From the NCBI RefSeq assembly GCF_036321535.1, contig NC_087436.1, forward strand, positions 52,888,001-52,952,000: DNA of 64,000 nucleotides, read 5' to 3'. The DNA is from Camelus dromedarius. Lineage: Eukaryota. A program made the position numbers and the translations under genes. Positions 52,201 through 63,500 of this stretch are shown here, piece after piece (position 1 is the stretch's first letter; the number at the start of each line of letters is the position of its first letter). A model generated the notes under the pieces. It was given only the letters and a program-made list of their open reading frames with translations, did not search any database and was not told where the DNA came from.

Positions 52201-52594
52201 TGATGCTTTAGAGCAGTAGTTTTTAAACCTCTGAGCACAGGAGTGGAGGCAAGAAAGAGTTGATAGGACACTATCCTTGTTTTCTAGAGCAGCTCTGCAT
52301 TTGTTTTACATGCTAGGATTTCAAATGGCTTTTAGTTCTAGTACCCGGATTTCTTTTTTTAAAAAAGTCAGTTAATAGAAATATATTGAGGGACTCATAT
52401 GAAACATCATCTGAGTTTAAACAACTAGGTGATCTAAATTCTTACTCTGCCAAATATTTTTGTCAACAGAAACTGATATGCAGTATGCAGCAAAAGTCTA
52501 CCGTGATGAACGACTCCGCAGGAAGGCAGACGCCTTGAGCATGGACAACTGTAAAGAACTGGAGCGGCTGACCAGTATTTATAAAGGAGGATGA
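15793..52594 (+). CDS. DNAJB14: DnaJ homolog subfamily B member 14 (ER-membrane HSP40), 379 aa; join(15793..15925,26954..27125,33696..33841,44877..45062,46495..46589,47407..47516,48345..48517,52470..52594)
   Basis: Eight GT-AG-bounded exons total 1140 nt in one frame. N-terminus [20 protein letters not shown]-domain with HPD (33796-33804), G/F-rich stretch, one TM segment ([22 protein letters not shown]), luminal DUF1977-type C-terminus ending [11 protein letters not shown]. Confidence 0.97.
17134..18246 (-). mobile_element. 5'-truncated LINE-1 (L1MA-like), antisense, DNAJB14 intron 1
   Basis: Reverse ORF 17817-17999 [36 protein letters not shown] matches the L1 ORF2 C-terminus. L1 3' UTR motifs present. 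Candidate TSD GAGTTAA at 17127-17133 and 18247-18253. Confidence 0.85.
18340..18545 (+). mobile_element. MIR SINE remnant
   Basis: 'ttaggcaagttagataacctttctagcttttagc...tctgcaaaata...gttataaagattgaatgagttaatacat'. Confidence 0.6.
21236..21381 (+). mobile_element. LTR-derived fragment with poly(A) tail, nested in an old L1 fragment
   Basis: ERV1-LTR-like 'gttgagcctactctctcccctcttgcaatagtcctgaataagttctt' followed directly by A13 (21369-21381). Confidence 0.5.
22460..25040 (-). mobile_element. Nested degraded L1 fragments (L1MC/L1ME-like), antisense
   Basis: 'ttttggccagtgggaaccccctt', 'ccctgtgctagacctggagtcagccatgtt' and 'tttcaaatttacagagaagt' are old-L1 3' motifs; T-rich strand. Confidence 0.55.
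25398..26640 (-). mobile_element. 5'-truncated LINE-1 (L1MB-like), antisense
   Basis: 'acagctttattgagataaaattcacataccgtacaattc' through 'ccagttgtcccagcaccatttgttga' covers the L1 3' UTR and ORF2 end. Confidence 0.8.
26954..27125 (+). CDS. DNAJB14: DNAJB14 exon 2
   Basis: tttttacag|CA CTA TTG...CTC AG|gtagga; (A)[56 protein letters not shown]. Confidence 0.95.
31030..31740. mobile_element. L2 LINE fragments in opposite orientations
   Basis: 'catccatccattcatccgtccatccattcaatacata' and 'ttgcttgtctctctccc...ttcagtaaatttttgttgaagaaataaat' are L2 3' termini. Confidence 0.55.
33696..33841 (+). CDS. DNAJB14: DNAJB14 exon 3 (J-domain, HPD)
   Basis: tttacag|C ATA...AAA A|gtaaag; [48 protein letters not shown]. 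Confidence 0.96.
36813..43120 (+). mobile_element. Near-full-length degenerate LINE-1 (L1MC1/2-like), sense, DNAJB14 intron 3
   Basis: 5' 'gaggacttcc...aagatgg' start, A-rich ORF1 remnant (about 37.8-38.7 kb), ORF2 endonuclease and RT remnants (about 39.15-42.7 kb), 3' end 'gatctctgtattacttcttacaacttcatgtgaatctaa...caaaataaaaagt' with AATAAA at 43107-43112. Many stops and frameshifts. Confidence 0.88.
44877..45062 (+). CDS. DNAJB14: DNAJB14 exon 4
   Basis: ttttctag|AG ATT...TCA G|gtattt; (K)[61 protein letters not shown]. Confidence 0.96.
46495..46589 (+). CDS. DNAJB14: DNAJB14 exon 5
   Basis: ttcctag|GT AGT...GAT|gtatgt; (G)[31 protein letters not shown]. Confidence 0.95.
47407..47516 (+). 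CDS. DNAJB14: DNAJB14 exon 6 (transmembrane segment)
   Basis: ttttatag|GGA...AGA TC|gtaagt; [36 protein letters not shown]. Confidence 0.96.
48345..48517 (+). CDS. DNAJB14: DNAJB14 exon 7
   Basis: ttttacag|T GGA...CAA A|gtaagt; [57 protein letters not shown]. Confidence 0.96.
49170..49640. mobile_element. MIR remnants (nested) with a (TA)n(CA)n microsatellite at about 49362-49400
   Basis: MIR core 'atgaggaaactgaggcaaagagagattaa...cttgcccaaagtc' inside a second MIR of opposite orientation. Confidence 0.55.
49843..50084. mobile_element. MER20 (hAT-Charlie DNA transposon)
   Basis: 'ggtggttttcaactggg...ccaggggacatttgg...aatgtctgga...ggccagggatgctactaaa...gctgaggttgcgaaaccttg' follows the MER20 consensus pattern. 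Confidence 0.8.
50890..51375 (+). mobile_element. Old L1 3'-end fragment (L1ME/L1MC-like)
   Basis: 'agagacgtgacaactaaat...gattggatcctga...gtctgcaacttactctcaaa' motif series. Confidence 0.65.
52470..52594 (+). CDS. DNAJB14: DNAJB14 exon 8, coding part
   Basis: caacag|AA ACT...GGA TGA; (K)[40 protein letters not shown]. Confidence 0.96.
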
Positions 52595-55500
52595 ACTGGA
52601 ATTTTGTTTATATCTTTTAGAGTACTCTTTATTTTTTCTGCAAGTAAGTTTAGTTTCATCTTGAGAGCTAAAGAAAAAGATACGATGTTGAAAACTAAAC
52701 TGAACAGTTGGTCCCTGAAATCTTGGACTGTTTATGACCTACTGGCTCCTTTAAATAGTAAGAAACTGAAAACTAAAATGAATATTTTAGTTATGCTTCT
52801 GCAATTATTTTCACTTTAAAAGCTTATATGATTCCTAACTAAAAATGTCTGAGAAAGGATCATCACACCTGTAGCCGTTCCTGGTTTTAGATTCTCCATT
52901 TTTCCCTTGTCATGTAAATATTTATGGAATGATCATTTTGTGTATATACAGGTTATTATTGCCTTTTTATTTAAATTCTTTTGGTGTTTAGCTCCATGAG
53001 ACACTTCAGTTTAAATTGATGGAATAAATGTTGTATGACAAAATTACATCTACCTTGTCAGATGTCAAATGTGTGGAGTTTACAATGAAACTTTATCAAA
53101 AAGAAAAGAAAAAACAAAAGCTGTTTAACTTTGTGTAAAATCTTGTAGCATTATCAGCTTAGAGGGAATTGATATTTTTAATATTGCCATTATATTCCAA
53201 AATATATATTAAGATAAATGAACTGGTGTAAAGTATCAGTTTGCTATTTATTTAGTTTTATGAATTGCTAAGCCATGCATAGAAATGAAATGCTATACTG
53301 ATCAATTTTAAAGAAAATGAGGAAATGGCTATATAAATACTAACCAAAAAGGGTCTTCAACAGTAAATTGCAGTTATGTCATTTGCAATTCCAATAAAAG
53401 GCCCCCAAATGTTCCTATGTATGTCTTTGAAGGCTGCTAAATTTTATGAAGAAAAGGGCCTACCTGTTTTTCCCCCATGGAAATTTGCAGTTTCTTCTTA
53501 GTGATCATTTAAGCAGGATCCAAAAGTAAATGGGTTCTTACTATTGCCTAAGTAATAAGGAAAATTACTACTAAAATGAAGCTTTGTGCCTTTTAACTTG
53601 ATTGCCAACTCTTAAACATATAAGTAGATTACAGCACACTTGATCAGAGCATGATCTGTTTGGCCATATGCAACAGTGAGCAGAAATACAGCAGCAGGTA
53701 GAATAGTGATTTATAGCAAGTTATCCTTACAAAAATTTGAGCTGAAATCTATTCACCATTGAGTAATTCAGTTAATCCTATAGGAATAAGCTCCTTATAA
53801 TTAAATCCATAATATAAATTTAAAAAATCAGCTGGAAATTGAAGTTTTTGGTGCCTGTATATTGAGTATGAAACTGTTTGATTTCTAGTCTTCTAGGTTT
53901 AACAGTGGTTAATATTTTAATGATTTTACTTCTCATTTAATGGAACATGAACACATCTTTGGTAATTTTTGTGTGTGTGAGAGAATGCTAATTAGAGTGG
54001 CAGTGTTCTTTTATTTAAAGATTTTTTTTCCTGAATATAGTTAATTTATAGGATCTGTTGAATATAACTTCTAAAATGACCATTCTTTTTTAACTGTCCT
54101 CTTGTATTGCCTTTTCCAGGTAAATCAATAGAAATGCCTGATTGAATTAGTTTAACTAAACAACATTCTGTCCTAGGAAAACTAGACAGCTTAACCAACT
54201 TTCTTTTAGAAATGCATCCTAAAAAAAAGTGTGCTTGAAAGAAAATACAATTTAAAGTATTTTCTTGAGCCTATAGAATGAGTTTCTAAAAAAATGTCAT
54301 AGCATTCTAATTAACTTTAAAAATTCATATGCATCAGAAAACTTAGATAAAAATTTAAATGAAATTTCAACCATTTATTTTTCCAAGTTTGATGGAAAAT
54401 TTACACTCTTGTGGTTGATGCTTATGTGAATTGAACTCTTGTTGACTGATTCTTTTTCCCTTAATCCTGACTTTAAAAGGGACAGATGAAGTTATTGAGT
54501 TAAGTGGAGTTATATATTGTGAAGTCATACATGGCTTTTGGACAGTATTATATTTCAGTTGCATTACATTACATTTCATAAGTCATAAAATGTGTTTGAT
54601 AAAGTAAAATTTTCAAACAACTGTGGGAAATGACCCGAGTGCCTGACGATTTAAGCCACGTGTGAAGTATGCAAGTAAAGCGTAAGTTCTTAATGTGACT
54701 TGTATCATGGTGCAAAGGCCCATCCAAGTGTCTTAGAATTTTGAGTTAATTCTACGAAGTAGGAAGACTTCATTTCAGCTATCTTGAGGTGTAAGATTTT
54801 TCACATTTGTTACTCTTGTAACCAAAATCACGGCATTTTTCCATCTTATTTTTAGCTACCTGAGCTTTGCAATTTCATTTGTTAATTTGTACTGTTCATT
54901 TTAATCATTGCCTAAAAGCCCTCTTTTTTTGAGTATTGCTCTACTAGCTTCTCTAACTGGTATTTTAGAAGGTTGGCAGCAGTTATATTTATTAATGCTT
55001 TACATTTTTATCCCTTTTTAAACACACCCTGAAACATTCTTGTCCTTATGAGGATTTGGGGGAAAGTAAATAGTACCTATTCTCCTCCTCTTTTGAGTCC
55101 TTACTTCCCAAATAGACAGGTGCTAGTCATTTGTAAGTTCTGGAATTTTGATCAAATCTGAGAATTTAATACTCAGCAATGAGAAATAATAAGTGAAGAC
55201 AATATATTTTGGTAACAGACTGCATTTGAATGCTTAAATAAGTATTTGTTTCATAACATTACATTATTCTTTATGATTTATAAAGATTTGGTAGAAAAAA
55301 ATATGTCCTTAAGGCATATATATATGTCAGTGCATTATTAAGCCACTCTGTTTTTATGTCAGTTCAGGTGTTCACAGGAACGGAAAGGTAGAATTACAGC
55401 TCTTTACTTTAATTGCACTTTTATGCTTAAGTGTTCTTGTTAAATCTTTAGTTATACTATGTAAAAGTTACTGAGATAAATGATTAACGTCTTGATTTCC

Positions 55501-57370
55501 CTTTGTTGATCTGTAATATTTTTAAATGCAATCATTATTTAACAAATGTGACATGTTAATATTACTTAATAATGCATTTTTGCATATTTAATTAAAAAAT
55601 AAATCTCCCACCTGTGTTAAAGCAGTGAAATATTTCTTGATGTTGGCCTGAGGACCAAATGAGCCATCTTTTAGTTAAGTATTAGGTCAAAGGACCAAAT
55701 GGTTCAGGAGAATTTGTGCATTTATTTAGCTTCCCCATGTGAAGTTTGCATTCAATACTACTCATACTACTATCTGTCTTTATACTGAGTGAACCTACTG
55801 AAAGGGCATTCATAATCTTTTTTCTTAACTGAACAGAAAAACTTCTGAAAATGAACAATAAATCTTAATTTTAATCTTTACTAGATAGCTGGAAAACCTT
55901 ATCTCTTGGCCACATTGGACTACTGCCTAGTTAAAAATCCATAAAGTTCTCTAAAACCAGTAAAAAAGAAAAGAGAGTAGTCTCAAAATAACTTCCAAAG
56001 TTTAATTCTAATTTTTAAGTTCAAGGAAAAAGTGGGTAGAATGAGGAGGTTCAAGTATTCTTGTATATTCCTTTAATAATCTGGCAGGCAACACAGTCCT
56101 AGAATTCAGGATTCCTTTTTCATTTTATTACTATTAAATAGTTTCATATAAATGGAAACATTTTCCCTCAAAACGTTAATTCAAAACATATTCCTTATAT
56201 TAAGGATTATGTAACCACATTTTTTGTAAATTCCTTGTGTGTAACTTTCCTGTCAGTATGTGATTCCTTTTCCTTTAATTTTATTACCTGCTGGTTTTGG
56301 GGCCAATAGATTTGTGAATATTCTGTGGGTGTGTCCATGTATAGGTATGTGTGTGTGTGTGTATGTATATATATATACACACATACACACACATATACAT
56401 ATATATATATTTTCCAGCTAATACCTCAAATATGTGATTGTTTAATATATACCACACTATGTTTGCATAGAACAGGGCTTCCATTAGCAGTGGATTTTCT
56501 TACTTCAAACTTTGAAATCCAGTCCACAGAATTTTATTGGTATGAATTCTTTGTTGATCTTTTTCATATTTTAAAACAGAGATTCCTATTATATGGCCCA
56601 TACTTCAAATATAATTGTATCTTTCTATATATAGCAATTTGGAAATATGTAGGGGTAAGAAGTGTTTCTTGAAATAGTTTAGTAAGTTACTATTAAAAAT
56701 TGGGATTACTGGTTGCCAAGGCATCTGGTAACTGCATAGCAGATGAAATCCGGCCTGAATGTGAGTCTCATCACTTCACAAGAGTTGGGACGTTTTAATC
56801 TGATATTCTACTTTGCCACTTAAGAGCACCACTAAAATAACAGAAAATCTTCAGTGACATTGGAGTATTTTAAGCATCAATTTTAAAAAGAATTGTTTTG
56901 GATTCTATATGGATGGATGACTATATCAATGAGAAGGAAACTCACACATACATGATGCTTTTGTAATTTATCTGTATTAAGAAATGCTTCTTACCTTTTT
57001 TGTTTTTTCAATTTTTGGATTGCTACATAAGACTTTTTCCATTTAAAGTTTAGAACGTGTGTTTTTAAAAGCTGCAAGTAATTTTCAAGGTGAGATCGAA
57101 TTTTAATGGAAGCCTTGTATAAGTTAAATAAGTGAAACTGGTAAAGGAGATCTTACTTTGTAGACAGTCAAGATTATACAATTAGATTTAAAAATGAAAC
57201 GTCTGATTTGTAAAATATTTAATGTTATATCAGACTTATAAAATAAAATTTTCTGTGTGAGAACTGTTAAAGAAAATGCATTTGATTTTTAATGAATGTT
57301 CTGCTGAATAATTTATGATGAATTTTTTGTCTTTCAGTCTTTGCAGTTTATCTCAGTATATGAATAAAAA
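52595..57370 (+). other. DNAJB14: Probable long DNAJB14 3' UTR with tandem poly(A) signals
   Basis: About 4.8 kb of AU-rich sequence with no recognisable transposon. AATAAA at 53023, 53393, 55598, 57242 and 57363. Repeats resume at about 57436. Confidence 0.65.
56346..56410. repeat. Compound (TG)n(TA)n(CA)n(TA)n microsatellite
   Basis: Read directly from the sequence. Confidence 0.9.
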
Positions 57371-57435
57371 GAAGGTGTGTTCTCACTGTAAAGGATTTGT
57401 TTTTATCATGTTTTATACCCTTAACGTCCTTTCTT

Positions 57436-58200
57436 TCATTCATTCATCCATTCAACAAATGTATGAATATCCCAGGCAGTGATATAGGAATTAATCATTG
57501 AACAAGACAAAAATCCTTATGAAATTTACATCTAGCAAGGGAAATAACTGTCAAGTAAATAAATATAACCATGATGAATGCTACAAAGAAAATTACAAGG
57601 TGCAACAAAAGCATATAACTAGAAAACTTAACTTACTCTGGGAGGATCAGGGAAGGTTTCTCTTAGAAAGTGAGCTTAAGCTGAAACCCAGAAGATGAGG
57701 TAAGTAGGAGTGAGGTGAATGTTAGATAAGTATTTCATATGGAGTGTGCTAAGTGATAAAGTCATAGAAACTTTACAGAAGTGAAAACAAACTTGAATGA
57801 TTATGGCATAAGGAAGCCAGGCCAAGTTAGAGAATTAAAATAAGATTAAGGGCCAGATCCCATGAGACCACATATAAACTATGATGATGGTAATTGGACA
57901 CTATCCTAAGACAGTAAAAAACCTTTTGAAGATTTTTAATGAGGGAGTTAACAGGATTAGTTTTGAGTTTTTAAAATAACATTTTAGTTACTGTGCAAAG
58001 AAGATTAGAGGACAAAAGTGAATGTAGGAAGGACAGGGAGTTATTGTCAAAGGAGAGATGATCATGGATTGGACCAGAGGAGGAATAGAGATGGTGACAG
58101 ATTTTGAGATACAGTCCAGGATGTAGAATCAAGAGAATCTGATTGATTAGATTTGGGATAAAAATGGAGGCAGCAATTAAAAACTTTCCAAAAATTTGAT
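57436..58200 (-). mobile_element. L2 LINE 3' fragment
   Basis: 'cattcattcatccattcaacaaatgt' terminus followed by purine-rich L2 body ('gatcagggaaggtttc...gagcttaagctgaaacccagaagatgag'). Confidence 0.7.
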
Positions 58201-60120
58201 GATGAAAAGAAGTAGAGAAAAGGGATGGTAGCTGGAGGAGGATGTGGTTTCTACAGAAGGCTTTTTTTTCAATTATTGTTTATTACATGAGAGGCCTTAC
58301 TGATTCTTTTTATTCTGATGGAAAAAGGCAAGCAGAAAGTGAAAGAATAAAGACAGAGAAAAGAGGGATAATAGCATTAAGCACCTGCTATTCCAGAGGA
58401 TATTGGAGCCATTGCAAAGAAGGAAGAATTACTTTCACCACCAACATTCTTTCAGAATGGAATATACAAGGGCTGGGTGCAAATGCAGACTTGTAGCATT
58501 GGTGGCCCGATGTTATAGTTTGTATTTTATTAACGAAATAGGCAGGTTATGTAAAGTTAGGGAGGGGAAGGATGATGAGCAAGGGTTACAAAGAATGAAG
58601 ACAATTTGAAGGAATCATTTTCACTGAGTCAGCTGACTAGGGTCCCAGGTTGGTTATAGAATTTACAATCTGTTTAGTTTTGTGTATTTTCTCCAGCTTA
58701 ACCCAGCAGCCTAGGCATAGGCCTAGAGAATACAACTTATTTAACTCATCCAAATTTGGGGTTCTGTCAGGCAGGAAAGATGGTAGGGGAGTTTAAGACA
58801 TTGACAAGTGAGTGGTTTCACTGCTTGACTCTTGGATGTAAGCCAGAGATGGAGGGAATTAGTGATTTCAGACTGCCTAAGTCCAGGTTGTGATGACCAT
58901 GGGTGATAGTATAAAAGAGAAAGTTATTTTATAGACTGTATAATTGTATTTTCAGTGGGCTAAATCCCAAACCACAGCCAGAATCAAAATTTGTAAGACG
59001 TTTTCCAACTTTACCAGTCTAATTGATAAAATTTCCATTTTTGTATGTTGGAGAATCAGCAAGACTCTCCCTCTCATGAGTTTGAATACCAGCTAGAATT
59101 TTCACACAGCCAGTGAAGCCAGCATAAATCCAGATAATTGTTGAATTTTTGATAGGAAAACAAAACCAAAAGAAAAAAATTTGAGAGCTCTCAACTGTAT
59201 ACAACTAAGAGAAGTTTAAGCTAAAGAGAAACAGAAACAAAGGCTCTGATATAACAGAACTTCAACGTGTATGTTAACTATATACACGTTAATTATATAA
59301 CACATGTTACATAATATACTAACATGTTGTGTACATAGCCAAAGTAGCAAATTTGTATAATGAGATAAAAATTTTTTGTGTGTATGAATGTGTACAATTT
59401 CTCCTAGTTTCTTTCTGAACCTCAGAGATCATCTGGTAGACCCCACTTTAGCGAACTGGCACATGATGCTGATAACCTTTTAGGTCAGTAAATATTCCCC
59501 TTAGTCCTATACCAACAGCAGTGGTATCAATGGGTAAATGAAAACAGATCAATCTGAGTACATAAGGAATTCTGTTGACATGCTATAATTTGGAAACCAC
59601 ATTTGGAAATGAAAAATCTTACTAGATTTTTCAATTTGCAGACCTTGTTGTGTTTGGAGATCTTGAAAAGTTGTGCTCTCCCTTTTTGCCACTAAAGAAG
59701 GAAAAAGCAATATTTTCCAGGTCAACTACCATTTCGTAAGGTCATTAAGATGGATAATTTTGTTAAAATGAAAAGTAGTGCCTCAGAAATTAGAAGTTCT
59801 TGCTAGAATTCATATTTTTATTTAACTCTAAACTTGGGGGCAAATAGAGGGAGGGTACAGAGGAAGTAAGTTATAGTCTTAGTCAGGGCCAGGGCTAATG
59901 GTTTCTTTTAATCACTTGCATTCTACTAATGTTGACCAAGTACCTACAGAGTGCAAGAAACATAGGCATTGTATGAAACTGAAAAATTCTAAACGGTGAC
60001 CCCCTCCTTCTAGACCTTATGGTCTCATTGAGTAAACAAACCAAAACTATGGCACATAATTATGCACAAATAAATATCAGTCATTCTTGGTAGTATATAG
60101 TGGTATTCAAAAGAATGTGA

Positions 60121-60224
60121 TAGGTGAGAAGGTGTTATAAGGAAACAAGATTTAAACAGCTAAGGTAGAAAGTAGGTGAGAAGGTGTTATAAGGAAACAA
60201 GATTTAAACAGCTAAGGTAGAAAG
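60121..60224 (+). repeat. Perfect 52-bp tandem duplication (2 copies)
   Basis: 60121-60172 is identical to 60173-60224: taggtgagaaggtgttataaggaaacaagatttaaacagctaaggtagaaag. Confidence 0.95.
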
Positions 60225-60745
60225 TGAAGGGGTTTAGAACATGCCACCCTAAAATATGCTACTTTTGAGCTGAAAGCACTAAGAAACAGCAGGTGCAGGA
60301 AGGTCTCTCTCACCTCCCACTTTATACTTAAAGGCTTGTCATAAAACTTCCCAAGAGAAAGGTACCCTCCCTTTACCAGAAAGAGAACATTCTCATCATC
60401 AGATGGGACTGACACCAAAATGGATGTGTGCAAACGAACCTACTAAAATAACCCTTATTTTCCATTAGTTTATGCCATATATTTAATAGTCATTATCCTA
60501 CAATTTACTGCCCCTAGCCCAAGTCCCCTTGTCTCATTCCCACAATTTTTTGTTCTTTGTGTAAAATTGTAAACTTTGGGGCCAAATGGCTTCTTTGGAT
60601 CTTCATTTTCCTTCTGAAGACTCCCATGCACATGTAAAAAAATTAAATGAATTTGTATGATTTTCCTGCTGTTAATCTGTCAATTTCATTGTTAGGCCCA
60701 GCCACAAAATCTATGAGAGTAGACGGAAGTTTTTCCTCTCCTACA
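60225..60745 (+). mobile_element. MER34A-like ERV1 solo LTR
   Basis: Starts TGAAGGGGTTTAGAACATGCCACCCTAAAATATGC and ends TTTTCCTCTCCTACA (TG...CA). Flanks AAAG/AGAG may be a decayed 4-bp TSD. Confidence 0.8.
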
Positions 60746-62029
60746 AGAGAAATAAGCATTTTAGAGTAAAGGAACCTCAAGAACCAGTGGGGAAATAAAA
60801 AGTAATTTTGATGTAAGGGTGAAGTAATCAATGTGACTGGAGTATAGGAATCACATTAGAATGCATTTAGAAGTAAATTAGAATGATATACTAGTACCAG
60901 ATTGAGGAGTATGTCAACTATTGTCTGTAGAGGTATTATCACTGAAGATTTTTGATCAGCAAAAATGTACCTTTTAGAAAGGTTTAACTAGGCATTATTA
61001 AGTGGCTATTGATATAGTCTTGCTGAATAGAATAATGGTTTGAATGAAGAGTTGAAAAAATATAGTGTAAAGTCATTGTTAAGGAAGGAAAGAGCAAACA
61101 TGGTAACTGACTTGATGGAATCGTGGAACTAACACAAACAGAGATCAGGAGACATAGGTTAACTGATGGTTTTGGAGCTTTTGAGTTAGCACTGACAGAC
61201 TTGTATGTAAAAAAAAATAACCAATATCCAACAAGCAGTTGAAAATGTGGACCTAGGATTCAGATGAAAGGTGGGGATTTAGGACTCACATTCTCAGGAC
61301 ACTGTAGAAGAGAAAAACAGCAGAGAAACCGAAGACAGGCTTTACATGCCTTCACTTAAGAGTTAAGTGACCAGAGTGGGTGAGGAGCTAAAATAAGTGC
61401 AGTATCCTAGAAGCTAAGAAATGAAAGGAAGGAAAAGGAAGTGATCTTCAATGACCTCAGTTGCTGTGGAACTGTCAGGCTCACTTGTAATGACTAGCAG
61501 TTCATCTGCAACATCTGGGAGCTTTGTAGTTATGGGTATCCAACTATTTTCACGACGTTTTGGGCTATAGTTAATTCCTTGTGCAGTTCTACTTTTAGGG
61601 ATTGGCGTTGAAGATCAGTCGACCTCACTTTCCTGCGGCATACTGTAGGTTTTCGTTAAATGTGCAAACAAGGCACCAAACAAAAAATAATAATAGGTAG
61701 TCCTTAAAGGCGCAGCCTTCTAAGACAAGAACCAGTGAAAGAAGGTTGTCCAATGTCTGCATATGTAGAGGCTCGAGGTGCACACATAACAGAGCACCAG
61801 AAAGCTCATGGCTCCTGGATTCTATCTACACCAAGCCTTGGGTCAGAGCATCGGGGCAGCACCCATGGGAAAGCCAAAAGAGACTAAGAAATTGGGATCA
61901 GAAACCTATGGACCTGGGACTTCTAATCACCGGCAACCTGGTGCTTGCTGTTCAGCATGTAACACCACCCCTTCAAATTTCTTCATCTACAAGAAGATAA
62001 TGGTCCCTTAAAAACGAATAAAATGTATG

Positions 62030-62690
62030 CACCCTCTCCGAATAAAAACGTCTTGCTTGCGTTTTCCGGGGATCTTCAGGGCTCGGCGAGCTCCTGGGAA
62101 TCGTGATCCAACAGCCGGTGTCCTGACGTCCCGACTCCCGAACGTCCGGGTGTCCACGCAGGCGCAGGGAGCATCCCAGGTGGGACGTGCGGGCGCCACG
62201 CAGGGCTGCGCGCTCCGCTTCCGCAGCCCCTCCCCGGAAGTCTTGCGTCACAGGGAATCGCGGGCGTGGGAAGTGCTTCCTGGAGCACCGAGGAGGTCAC
62301 AAATCATGTGACGGCAGCTTTTAGAGGAACTTGTCTCAGAAGCTGTCCCTGAAGTGACAGCTCAGAGAACCAGGCAGCCCAGAAACCCAGGTAACTGGAG
62401 CTATTCTGCCCGGTATTGAGGCCTGGACACGCAGGTGGCTCGCGCGGCGAGATGGAGGAGAGGACGCCCCCCCCCCCCCCACTTCGGGCCTAGGTCTTGG
62501 CGGGTAGAGGGTGGAGTGGGCTGAGGTTAGGCGTCTCGGTTACCCGTCTGGGTACCTAGGAACTCTGACTCCCTTCGGCCGCCCTGCCCCAGGCCCTAGA
62601 GCCGCGGGTCCTTGCCTCACCCTGATAAGAGCTGACGCCGATTATTAGGTTGGGGGTGGGGAGGGTGAGGGCGAGGACGTCTTGAAGGGA
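62030..62690. promoter_or_regulatory. LAMTOR3: CpG island / promoter of LAMTOR3
   Basis: CpG-rich. CRE-like TGACGTC at 62124-62130, ETS CCGGAAGT at 62234-62241 next to TGCGTCA at 62244-62250, TCATGTGAC at 62304-62312. Confidence 0.85.
62250..62390 (+). other. LAMTOR3: LAMTOR3 non-coding exon 1 (start approximate)
   Basis: Strong donor CAG|GTAACT at 62391, downstream of the ETS-type promoter. Confidence 0.65.
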
Positions 62691-62752
62691 GAGTCACCAG
62701 GAGTTTCTCTTCCAGGCGTGGAGATTGAACCTGCTGGAGAAAGGGGTTCATC

Positions 62753-62761
62753 ATGGCGGAT
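62753..62761 (+). CDS. LAMTOR3: LAMTOR3 (MP1, Ragulator subunit) first coding nucleotides M-A-D in exon 2 (62716-62761); gene continues beyond the window
   Basis: Acceptor tttctcttccag at 62715, then atcATGGCGGAT|gtgagt. LAMTOR3 begins MADDLKRF, and H2AZ1-DNAJB14-LAMTOR3 is the known mammalian gene order. Only three codons are visible, so identity relies on synteny. Confidence 0.82.
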
Positions 62762-63294
62762 GTGAGTTAATACTCCCACACCAGAGGAAGGAGAGGGTGG
62801 GGAGGTGGATGAGGCTGCTGGGCGGGGAGAGGTAGCGCTTCCCAAGTAGAAATTTGCTTAGTTTTAGCGCTCCACTCCAATTAATTGTTTTCTTTAGGAT
62901 TTGGAGTGAGAACCTAACATGAATAATTTGTGGGGTCATGAGTTTCTGCCTGGAATGGGTTTGGAGGACACTAAGGTGCTTGAAGTTGAGAAAATTTTAT
63001 TTTTCCCACTCTCCAATCCTGCAGACGTAAGAGGGGCACTGCTTATTTACCATTTCAATTTCTAAATGATGGTTTGCTCTCTGAATCTTTTTCCAGTAAG
63101 TGTTCATTGTGTCTCTCTAAATTTATAGTAGCAATTTGAGATGATTTATAACTAATGCCTCTTTGGCACAGCAGTACAATCAAAATTCTAAATTTGGGGA
63201 ACTTAATTAGACTAATTACTAGAAACAGCAGGGAATTAATGCTACTACTAATGCTTAAGTTTGTTTATTCTTTACATGCTGTTATTTTGCTTAC

Positions 63295-63500
63295 ATACAT
63301 GCTAGATAATGCTTTGAAACATTGAACATATACTCATGTCATTTTTACAACAACTTTTATGAGGGAGGCGCTATTATTATTATCCCTGTATTATAGATGA
63401 GGATGCTAAGGCACAAAAAGATCAAATGACTCGCCTCATATTTCACAGCTAGTAAGTTGTGGAGATACCAATCGAGGCCGACTGACTCCAGATCTTACCC
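63295..63500 (-). mobile_element. MIR SINE remnant
   Basis: 'attattatccctgtattatagatgaggatgctaaggcaca...cacagctagtaagttgtggag'. Confidence 0.65.

Noticed and set aside
12123..52469. U12-type (minor) introns in H2AZ1 or DNAJB14
   Set aside because: No donor matches RTATCCTT; all are ordinary GT-AG.
48517..62761. DNAJB14 to LAMTOR3 read-through fusion
   Set aside because: Exon 7 (phase 1) plus 37 nt of LAMTOR3 exon-2 UTR puts the LAMTOR3 ATG out of frame. Joining from exon 6 hits a TGA after three codons.
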